Positions 34,401 to 45,607 of a stretch of DNA of 64,000 nt are shown here, one piece after another. Origin of the DNA: Balanoglossus misakiensis (lineage: Eukaryota; Animalia; Hemichordata). The notes under the pieces were generated by a model. That model made no database searches, was not told the origin of the DNA, and saw nothing but the letters and a program-made list of their open reading frames with translations. Location: the NCBI GenBank assembly GCA_040954595.2, contig CM082589.2:11296894-11360893 (forward strand). Direction: 5' to 3'. The first letter of the stretch is position 1. Each line of letters starts with the position of its first letter. Position numbers and translations under genes: made by a program.

Positions 34401-37086
34401 TCTTTCTTAGGACATGGTAGCGTGACGTCGCATTGTAATTAACGGACGATCTTGGAAATTCGGCTATTAATGGTGAATGGACTTTCGCCTCCTTCGAACA
34501 ACAACAGAGACTGACGTCGCAACAATGACAGAAAAAGTGAAGCAAATGGCCGACAAAACGAAGAGAATCGGAAAACGGGCAGGATCCTCGGCACAGACAT
34601 CTGGGAATAATACCACCACATCAAATAGAACGACGAGTAGTGCAGGACAAACCGCCACCAGTGACTATGACAACAAGTCTGAAGGCGATGCTGGCGAACC
34701 CTTGCACAATACAACTACAGTCCTACAGAGAAATGCAGCCCAGCGCCACTCAAGATTTTCCATTCCTGGTCTGGCAGCAGCCAAAATATGTTGTTGTTTT
34801 TTCTCTTAGAAGCGACCTCAGTCTGAGCTGCATGAGAATAAACTGTAGGTTGGGAATACAACAAAAAAACACGCAGTCGCTGCGGTCAACACGTAGCTAT
34901 TAGTTTCGGTTTTATGTTCGCTACAGCTCGGAAACCAAAATGTGGTACAACTTCAAGCTACATAAACTGGAAAGCATAGTACGTGCAGAGCAGACCATGG
35001 TGACGAAAGCAGGTATTCTAGGTCGTAAGATAAAAACACGGCGCTAGAAAAACAGTCATCAAAAGTTGCACGTGTTCCCCGGCCAAAAATAATGTAATTG
35101 TTGGCGCACAGAAAGTCCAGTCGATAAACGTTTACGCTATAGAAACTCACTCTCTCAGCAAAAGTCTGACACCCTCGTCAATGACAAAACGCAAACCGAG
35201 CTGGGTATGATCAAGTCAAACATAGGGCCAATCCCCACTCTGTGTTTTATTATTTTCCACATACGATGGTTCTAAATAAAAATGTACCTATTTGAAATGC
35301 TTACCGAGGTAAGATCATTGAAAGTTTTCAAACGTTGATGACAAATGTATAACTGATTTTTTACAAATGAATAATCGCGCACTTGCATGTTATTTTCTCT
35401 ATACCAGACACCGCGCGCGCGCCGTTGGCAAAAAAAAACGCGGAAAATTATTGAGCATGCGCAGTCGATACTTCACATTGTAAACAAGATGGCGTCGCTG
35501 CCTATGCTTCTCGACCGCTGTCGCCTGACTATGTCGGCAAAGAAGAGACGAATTTAACCATGCAACGCCATATCGGAAGACAGAATGATCGCGAGATGAA
35601 ACCGGGCTATCCAACGATTAGGCAGCTATGTTGACTGATTGGTATGTCGCCGAAGTAATTATTTGCCATTGATTTGTTTACCAGAAACGGTTTGCCTTTG
35701 GAACACATTTGGCCTCACCGAAATTGATTTCAGAGGTTTTTTCCCAAAAACTAATGACGTTCGTTTTCACCTGAGTGCGAGGATGGATTGAAGGGACACA
35801 AGCTTTTGTAGCCACCAATATTTTGACACTCTTTATATCAATGTTGAGCTGGCATATTTGCTCCAATATGATGTAGTGTACCTGTTGCATTGAAATGAAG
35901 CTGTAATAATATTACAGTGCAATCTAGTCCTTTGGGTTAATAGGAAAACGAGGTCAATAAATGACAGGTTTATTTAAATACAGGATATATTTATCACAAG
36001 CACTTATGCATATGTATGAGATACTTATTTATTTTTAATTTATTTTTTATTTTTTATTTATTTTGTACGTTCAGGTAATCATATGGATTTGTATGGAATC
36101 ACATACACATTAATTGAAGACTATCATATCACAGAAGTCGAGCCGCCAGATGTGTAAGGTAACCATTTAGGTTTCATGACTAAGTTTGTTTAAGAATTCA
36201 TAAAGCTACCCAATGAATGAATTTCCTTAAAATTTCACAAATGTGACAGAGTTTGCAGTTGTGCAAGAAAGTGTGTATTATTCACATAAGAATTGTTTCG
36301 TATGCATTTTTCTGATGGCAATGCATTTGACTGTAAACAAATATGGATGTCAGTTAGTAGTGCTATTTTGTCAGTGAAATGGCTTCATCATCATCCCTCC
36401 AACCAAAGTTGAAACAGAGTTGCAAATATTGCACAGCTTGAAATCATAAAATGTTGCAAAATTGAACCAACCCTTTGGTCAACGATTATGTTCTTACAGC
36501 TATTATTAGAACCAGACAGTCTCAGGGAACAAGAGACATGGGCCTGATTTGCAAGTTGAGTTAGAACTGCCTTTGCCTGCCCACGGACGCCCCAATTTCA
36601 GCAAAAATTATTGCATTAAAATATGAGTATGGAGAACTATGCTCTGTGTTTCTTTTGTTAGCTTACATAGCTGTTGTCATTCTAGTTTTTCCTCCGTCCT
36701 GTGAGCAGAGTTTCAGTTGCGAAAACCGACAGTTCTCAAAGTACAAAAGTACACCTAAATTGCCTCGGTGATGAGCATGCAGAATTTATCTGATGCTTCT
36801 TACTGGCAGAAGGACCCCACCAGTTGCAGATTGTGAATTCCATGGCACAAGGGAATTTACGCTTTGCGTTCAAATATAAATAATTAAATCCTGTAAAATT
36901 ATTCTATATGTTATTTATTGATGATTCAAAAGTGTTATGACTGATTGTGTTAGAGTACCTGTATTCCATATAAGCATGCTGTCAGTGCACATCCGATTGA
37001 TAACAATTTCACATTTTTAAAAATTTGCTTCTCTGAATAATTATGAATACATAAAACTTCATATGATATAAATTGATAAACATTAA

Positions 37087-37526
37087 ACCCCGATGCGTGG
37101 TATAAAAGACCCCCCAAATCAGTGGCGAATCTTAATGCCGTTTGACTGACAACAGACAACACCAACGATCTTGGCTCTATGAAAATCGGCCCAAACAGAT
37201 CCAAGCATAAAGAATTACACCACACAACGACAGTGGTTGGCTTTATAAACACACACAACATAAAGTTATCGATGAAAAAGTACACGAGCTTTTGAAACAA
37301 CGATGATTTTGGGAGAAATCTGGTTTCAGTGCTTTTCAGAAGCATCCCTGGGAAACAATAACCACGCCATTCAAACAGCTGTCAATCGCATAGAGGTGTA
37401 AAGTGTTCAATTATTTTCTATGTACATGAGATCAATTACACAGTTATTATGCACGACGACCACTCCCAAATAAACAACTGTACAAACACACGTTAATCCG
37501 AACCCCAGTACTTTCCGCACCGGGGT
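37087..37526. mobile_element. TTAA-targeting MITE (Kolobok/piggyBac-like)
   Basis: TTAA-ACCCCGATGCG...CGCACCGGGGT-TTAA; single TTAA at the empty paralogous site (~17189). Confidence 0.75.
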
Positions 37527-37576
37527 TTAAGGCCTAATGCTAGTGTCACAACATTGATTACCAGACCGTTTCCCTC

Positions 37577-37715
37577 TGTATGTATGTATGTATGTATGTA
37601 TGTATGTATGTATGTATGTATGTATGTATGTATGTATGTATGCAGCCATGTATGCATGTGTTTGTGTGTGTGTGTACATGTGTGTATGCATGTTACATGT
37701 ATATATGGATGTATG
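37577..37715. repeat. (TATG)n/(TG)n microsatellite
   Basis: Seen directly. Confidence 0.9.
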
Positions 37716-38653
37716 TCTGCCCTGATCCAAAACATGAAACCACGCTTTTTTTATTTTGGTGTGTAGATGGGATTTTGCTTAAATGAAGTTGTCATTGCAA
37801 AAATACGCAAATAACCTGTGAAATATGTGGAATTGATCAAAACTCAACAACTGGTTAGACTGCTTTGAACATTTGTATGCATGTAGGTAATGTCATCATA
37901 CCTGATATACTTTGAGTTTATATCGTGAATTGTCTATTTTTTATGCAATTATTTTGTCTTGTTTCACCATTTGAAAAAAAATCTTTTCCTCTTAAAGAGA
38001 TTGGCTGATTTCTTTAGAATTTAGTATGACACTTCCGGTAGGTGATCTTAGTTGGTTTTGTTTAAATTGTCGCAGAATTTGTAATCTGTCATTTTTGGTC
38101 AAAATTCATTTTCTGAGAAACTCCTTAGATTGCTTTTAAATTTTGGTATGCTTGTTCCAAGAGGTAACCCAAGTAATGTTGTATATCATTTTGGTGAAAT
38201 TTACATATTGTGGTCTTGGGGCAATTTTTGCAATTTGTATTCTTTGAAACTACTAGTCAGATTGCTTTCAACTTTGGTAGGCGTGGTGATTGAAGTAGAT
38301 ATTATACAATTTGTTGATAGTTGGATAGATGTGGTTTGAGGCAGTTTTTGTCATTGTTGAATGTTGTTTTCCCTAAAATACTTGTCTGGTTCCTTTGAAA
38401 TGTTCTTACAGTAGGTCATATCTGCTTGCCAATGTCACATGATTTTTCCCATGAACACAGACATACCTAATTTTGTGTAATCCCCAGATGGGACCACAGT
38501 GTGTAATAACCTGACCAACAGTGACTAGTATATCCTGTGTGTTATACAGTACTTCTCACAAGGTTGAAGTACATGTAGACTGTTGATGATTTTTTGCGAT
38601 TCTTCAGAAACTTACAATACAGAGTCTAATGTGGTAACGTCCATGGTCACATT

Positions 38654-40148
38654 AGTCCTGTTTCAAAATGACCTACATTACACGTCCTATACACATGTTT
38701 TGCATGTTATGATTGGTTTATCCGCTTCTCTTAGGTCCACTTGCGGCACGCTGATTGGAGGGACCTTGTAGGTTAGGTCTTATTATTATGTATTATTCAC
38801 TAGACCTTGTAGGTTAGGTCTTATTACTATGCATTTTTCGCTTTACAGCTCCCTGATTGGTTAACGTGTCAGTCTGGTCCCCCATGTGTTCACTGCCTCA
38901 TAATACAGGACCTTGTAGGTTAGGTCATATTAATATGTATTTATTCACCATACAGCTCCCTGATTGGTTAACGTGTCAGTCTGGTCTCCCAGTGTTCACT
39001 GCCTCATTGTGAAATGTCCCATGTGCTTCCTGGCTAGCGTTGTGGTAACACATTATTCGGTATGTCCGCAGATCATTCATTAATTTTCTGAGAAATAGCC
39101 TGACTGATACTATCTCCAACATAAACTGCACCCTGGAAAGATTAAATGATTTTTAGATGGACTTTGAAAATCTGATTAACACATCTAAGCATTTTTGCTA
39201 ACAGTTGTATATTTTCTTAAATCACCCTCCTACTTCTCATCATCAATATTATTATTGTTGTTTTACTATTTTAAAGTAAATTTGTTTTGACGTAGATGTT
39301 GTGAAAAGGAGTACGTTGTCCGTTTATACATTCGTATATTGTTTTCATAAAAATGGAACTATGACGGTGCAGCTTCGTGAAAGAAGTACAATAAAAGTAA
39401 TCATACCTGTAAAGCAACTAATGAGGTATCCCAATTAAAGAAATGCAATGCTATTCTAAACAGTTCTATTGTAAGATATTTTTGGTTTGCTCGAATGAAT
39501 AGCACACACTTCGTATTCAGCCAGGTGTTACACGAAGTGATGCGCTGAAAAGCATTACGTAACAAAACACTAGCCCATTTCAACAAACCGCCACTGGAAA
39601 TAACATAAAAAAATTCTCCTGGCAATTTTTATTTCGAGTATCTAGTTCACAGTATCACAAAAAAATGCCATGAATAGTGAAGGAAATGTTAAATCCAATC
39701 ATTATATGAGTGCCTTTCTTTATACACTGGGATCGAGCTTCGACAACGCGCAGGCAGCATGCCAGACAGAATACGACAACTGTATTCAGAAAGTACAAAA
39801 GACTTTGCATAACGAGGCAGTGAAAATTGGAGACCTACACATTAACCAATCAGGGAGCTGACAATTGAATAAATGCATGTTAATAAGACCTAACCTACAA
39901 GGTCCTGCATAATGAGGCAGTGAACACTGGAGGACCAGACCTACACATTAACCAATCAGGGAGCTGTAAAGTGAATAATACATAGTAATAAGACCTAACC
40001 TACAAGGTCTAGTGAATAATACATAATAATAAGACCTAACACATAAGGTCCCTCCAATCACCGTGCCTCAAGTGGACCTAAGATTACCAGATGGACCAAT
40101 CACAGATGTCGGTACATATGTCATGGACCTGACTTATGAAACAGGACC
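38654..40148. mobile_element. Non-autonomous DNA transposon with ~350 bp internally repetitive TIRs
   Basis: Ends GTCCTGTTTCA / TGAAACAGGAC; repeated GACCTTGTAGGTTAGGTCTTATTA units mirrored at both ends; absent from the left-arm site (~16080). Confidence 0.8.
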
Positions 40149-40686
40149 GTTCAGAACTACCTAGTCTATGCCCGGCAGTGTTCTGTCCGCTTTGCTTCCA
40201 AAACTAATGTCTGGCCTCACTCATGCCACTTGCCCAATAAACTAATACCCCTTGCTGGGAATTATGATGTAACTAGCGTCGCTTTGAAGCCTATCACATT
40301 ACTGAACAGTGTTGATTTGGTGTAAGATTATAGTGAAGGCAGGGCTTATTACATTGAAAATGCTACCCAACCTTAATTACACGTATGTATATCCTTTGTC
40401 TAATCATTGGAAAAACAATGTACATGTACCAAAGACTAAGTAGCTATTTGAAGGTGAATCGCAAGTGGGCACTTTTATTACTTAACCTCAAGCAGTCGGT
40501 TAGCTACCGTATACTAAGACAAACATTCCTGGTGTAATTAACATCACTGTCATTAGTAATATCTATCTCCAATCAGTATCAGTTCTGCCTTTATGTTATT
40601 TTAAGTCAATTGTCAAGGTTCATGTACATATATTACAGCTTAACTGTCTTGTCAAAAACTTACGCATGTACATGTACCTAATTCTA

Positions 40687-41892
40687 GGCTTACCTGTAGG
40701 GTTAGAGATACAGTGTTTTATATTAATATGCATTAATATGAAACTAAAATTTGATGGTTAATTTAAGACCCCCCTGAGCAATGGTAACCTCGTTAAATAT
40801 GTGCATATCTAATTCTAGGCTATTCAGCTGAAGTAGAAACCTGGACATGGACAACTTCGGGGTCAAAATCTTTTGACAAACATTTGTGTGATCTTGGGTA
40901 AACTTTGACCTACATTCCTATATTTTAGCATCCGGAGCAGATACAACCTTGACACTTGGAGTGATGGAACTATTTGATTGAGTATTATGTCTTGCCTCAT
41001 TAATTATGTACTTACCTAATGCCAGCCTAACCAATAGGGCTGGAAGTCTGGCTTTTTGGACATGATAAATTTGAGATCAACATTTTTCTACAGCAGCCAG
41101 CCTTCTCTTAAAAAGAATGGACAATATAAAGGCTTTGATGGTATACTGAACTTTTGACTCCCTCCCTGAGACTGTGTGCCAATGACGGGATAGCCTACTC
41201 AGCGTTGGGTAGATCCTAAGAAGGCCTCAGCCAGGCATCAAATACAAAAAGCGGAAATCCAAGCTTTAATGGTGGGTTACATCGTTAACTTCCCTGCAGA
41301 GCTGATTTCTCAGACTGTGAGCCAATGACGGGTAAAGCCCCTAGGTAGGGGCCACCTAAGACAGGCCGGTCATGCTTTAATCACAAAGAAGGGCAAGTTT
41401 AGTCTTACCACAACTTTGTCTGCTGTATATGCTTCATAAAGATTGCAGAGTATTTTGAGAATACATTGTGTTAAGGCAGTGTGACCAGCTAAAAAGTACT
41501 GGCAAACACAGCCAATGTGTAATGAAAAACATCTAATTTGGCTGAATAAAAGACATAAAACACAGCAAAAGCACTGTGACTAGCTGAGACATAATACTCC
41601 ATTATGCAGTTCCATCACTCCAAGTGTCAAGGATGTATCTGTGCCGGATGCCAAGATATAGGAATGTAGGTCAAAGTTTACCCAAGATCACCCAACATTT
41701 TGTCAAAAGATTTTGACCCCAAAGTTGTCCATGTCCAGGTTTCTACCGCAACTGGATAGCCTAGAATTAGATATGTACATATTTAATGAGGTTACCATGG
41801 ATCAAGGCAGTCCTAAGTAAACCATCAAATTTTTAGTTTCATGTTAATTCATGTTAATATAAAACGCTGTATCTCTAACCCACTGGTATGCC
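40687..41892. repeat. Cassette: ~300 bp inverted repeats around a ~600 bp core (copy 2)
   Basis: 40687-40992 is inverted relative to 41587-41892; the core is nearly identical to the reverse complement of 14667-15262. Confidence 0.85.
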
Positions 41893-44349
41893 ATTCTGTG
41901 TTTCATGCTACCCAATATGGGTAAGTAGGTAAAAAGTCACCCTAGGCCATTTGAAATTTTGCTGAAAAAATCTCGTCTCTTACATATGTACATTTGGTAA
42001 AAGGGAAATTTTAATCACGGAGTAGAACATATTCATAAAAAATATTTGAGGGAAAGAAGGAAGTTTTTCATAGCTTTGGTGCGTCAAATAGTAGAGAGGT
42101 TCCCTTGTTATCCTTAGACTCAAACTCAGAGTTTCCAATCTTTCAGTATTTTCATGATATTACTTTCCATCTTAGATTTGTTCATCTAAACAAACTGACT
42201 GATAGGTATACATGAACATTTTATTGACTAATGAATGTGCCTGTATGTTGCAATTTAAAGAAGTCAGATATTAAACGAGCGCCACACCTGTTTTAATCAG
42301 CCTCCATATGGAGGGTACACATCGCAGAGAGATGACAAACCCCATGCAAATTCAAGTAATATGGCTCAATGGTGCTGATTTTAAAGGATAGGTGGATGAT
42401 TTGAAAAATGTTATTGTGGAAAAAGATGTGTAAAATTTGGCAGCTTGTGAGGCTTTAATTGTAAAATCTTTGAAATGTGTTTTACTCTTTAGGTCCAATT
42501 TTGTATATGTCAATATACCATTGGGACCAATGTGAAATTGTTCTAAACTCAGAAACTCAAGAAGGTACTGGTCAGATTGCTTTAGAAATTGGTGTGTATT
42601 TATGTTATTGAGACTTTATACAGATTTTATTTTTCATTTTTAAAGTATATTTTTGGGGTGATTTTGGTCGTCATATACTCAGAAACCTCTACCCACATTT
42701 TTTTTTAAATTTGGTTTGCATGTTCTTAGGTGTGATTTTATGACAATTTAACAAACCCAGTGATGGAAGTGACAATATTGTTTTTTTTTTTTTTTGGCAA
42801 TTTCTGCCATTTTTGTCTGATTGCTTTGCAATTTAGTTTGCAGTTTCTAGGGAATTCTTACTGTGGTGCACAAAATTCACAAAGGTGATTTACTATCCTC
42901 ATGCGCTTTGTTGAACTGGCACCCTGTTGCAAAACAGACATTACAACACTCTTTGAATTGAATTCATAGCTACCAATTTTTCGGGGGTGTAGCACCTTTT
43001 TTATGCCTAAAACTTTGATCGAGAACTTCAAATTAAATGCAACCCTCCAAATATTTGCAATATTTCAGGTATAATGATTTAATTTTAAAGCATAAATTTT
43101 GATGTATTCATAATCATTAAGAGAAACACATTTTGAAAATAGAATATTAATCACACTAGCAGTCATAATACTTTTGAATCATCACTAAAGAACATATAGA
43201 AAAATTAAACAGGTTTTAATTATTTATATTTGAACGCAAAGCGTAAATTCCCTTGTGCCATGGAATTGACAATCTGCAACTGGTGGGGTCCTTCTGCCAG
43301 TAAAAAGCATCAGATAAATTCTGCATGCTCATCACCGAGGCAATTTAGGTGTACTTTTGTACTTTGAGAACTGTCGGTTTTCGCAACTGAAACTATGTTC
43401 ACAGGACAGAGGAAAAACTAGAATGACAACAGCTATGTAAGCTAACAAAAGGAACACAGAGCATAGTTCTCCATACTCACATTTTAATGCAATAATTTTT
43501 GCTGAAACTGGGGCGTCCGTGGGCAGGCAAAGGCAGTTCTAACTCGACTTGCAAATAAGGCCCATGTCTCTTGTTCGCTGAGATTGTCTGGTTCTAATAA
43601 TAGCTGTAAGAACTTGATCATTGACCGAACTGTTGGTTCAATTTTGCAACATTTTATGATTTCAAGCTGTGCAATATTTGCAACTCAGTTTCAACTTTGG
43701 TTGAAGGGATGATGATGAAGCCATTTCACTGACAAAATAGCGCTACTGACTGATGTCAATGTTTGTTTACAGTCGAATGCATTGCCATCATAAAAATACA
43801 TGTGAGAAATTTCTTATGTGTATGATACACACTTTTGTGCATGACTGCAAACTCTGTTACAGTTGTGAAATTCTAAGGGTTGAATTCATTGGGTAGAATT
43901 CATGTTTTTTTGGATTCTTAAACAACCAGTCACGAAAGCTAAGTGGTTACCTAAGAGAAACTGTGTTAAATTTGGTCATCAATTGCTTTAAATCACACAA
44001 GACATTCCCAGAGCTAAAGTTACTGCAGCAGTCAGTTTCAACTCAGCTTGCAAATTGGGATCATGTCTTGTGTTCATCGAGACTGTCTGTAGTCGACTTG
44101 ACAGTCCTATGGGGTCAATGATGAACCTACAAATGTTCTTTCCAATGAAATTGTTATAAATCTAATATTCAGGATTTGCATTCATACCTTAAACAATATA
44201 ACTGTATTGCAAATATGGCAACTCTTCTAAGTTACATTGGAACACCTTCTCGCCACTGTTTGTGCCAAAATGGTGAATAAGCTTTCATTTTCAAGCCTTA
44301 ACATAGGCACCCAAAACAAGACAACAGCATTGCAAATATGGCATTTTTT

Positions 44350-45000
44350 GTGCATAGTCCAAAATGGCCGCCAAACTCCACTAACATGTAAATTTCCTAT
44401 GGTCGTCTTAAATAGCGTGTAGTATCGCATTTGAAGGGTTTTCATCAATATGGGTACCTAAAACAATTTCAACGTGGTTGACATTGCAATGTTAGACAGC
44501 TGTTCTAATTTGCATAATCTAGAATGGCCGACAAACTTCTCTAACATGTAAATTTACTATGGTTGTCTTTAATAGTGTGTAATATCGCATTTGCAGGGTT
44601 TTCATCAATATGGGTACCTAAAACAATTTCAACGTCGTTGACATGGCAATATTAGACAGCTGTTCTAATTTGCATAATCCAAAATGGCCACCAAACTCTT
44701 CTTAAATGTAAATTTCCCTGTTTTGTCTTATATGGTGCCTAAAATCGCATTTGCAGGGTTTTCATCAACATGGGTAACTAAAACAATTTCAGCATGGTTG
44801 ACATGGCAATATTAGACAACTGTTCTAATTTGCATAATCCAAAATGGCTGACAAACTTCTCTAACATGTAAATTTCCCTGGTTTGTCTTATATGGTGTGT
44901 AATATCGCATTTTCACGGTTTTAATTAATATGGGTACCTAAAACAATTTCAACGTGGTTGACATGGCAATATTAGACAACTGTTCTAATTTGCATAATTC
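44350..45000. repeat. 160-bp tandem repeat, ~4 copies
   Basis: AAACAATTTC recurs at 44461, 44621, 44781 and 44941. Confidence 0.9.
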
Positions 45001-45607
45001 GAACACCTGCTGGATAATTTAATTTTTGCCCTTCTTGTCCCATGATTATATGTGTAATGTCTCATTTTCAATGTGTTTACATGTATATATGCAGAATCCA
45101 TTTCAAACTAAGTGGGCATATTGTAGCGCCAATCTTATTTCTTAATCCGCACCACAGAACTGATGCAAGGTTTAGGACTGGAAATGTATGTGGCCATTGG
45201 CCGACACCCCGGGCGAGAGGTCTCCAATTATTTTCAGCACGTAGTGTGCTTCCCGGTTGATAACATCAATATGTGTAAATGCCAAAAACCCGATCTATTG
45301 TAATACCAGTCAAATTTTCTTTGTCATTTACCATTTTTCTCTTGCATATGAAGGTTTTTCTTAAAGAGTACATACCCATATACATTTGTATGGGAGCACA
45401 CATCCCCACCCCCTGCCAACAATAATTGGACAACTTTATTCTTCTTATACTTCTTTTTAGTCTAAACATTCATATAGAGAAGGCAACATGTTCTTGAAGC
45501 TGCTGACTATGGAAATATGATGAAGTACATTTTCCTAGTTGTACATGTACAGTATGATAGGCCCAATGTACCAATTGGAGATGTGTGCCTTACAGGCAAC
45601 ATACATG

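Larger units (their letters stand above)
36158..43951. mobile_element. Large non-coding foldback-like element, copy 2 (PIF/Harbinger-like ends)
   Basis: TAA-GGTAACC...GGTTACC-TAA; ~0.8 kb TIRs (36158-~37000, ~43100-43951); no transposase ORF. Confidence 0.7.
35450..45601 (-). repeat. Right arm of giant imperfect inverted duplication
   Basis: Reverse complement of ~7860-19033 with arm-specific indels; ends abruptly at the satellite. Confidence 0.9.

Noticed and set aside
37493-37786. HTYI/MYVC repeat ORFs
   Set aside because: Translations of a (TATG)n microsatellite
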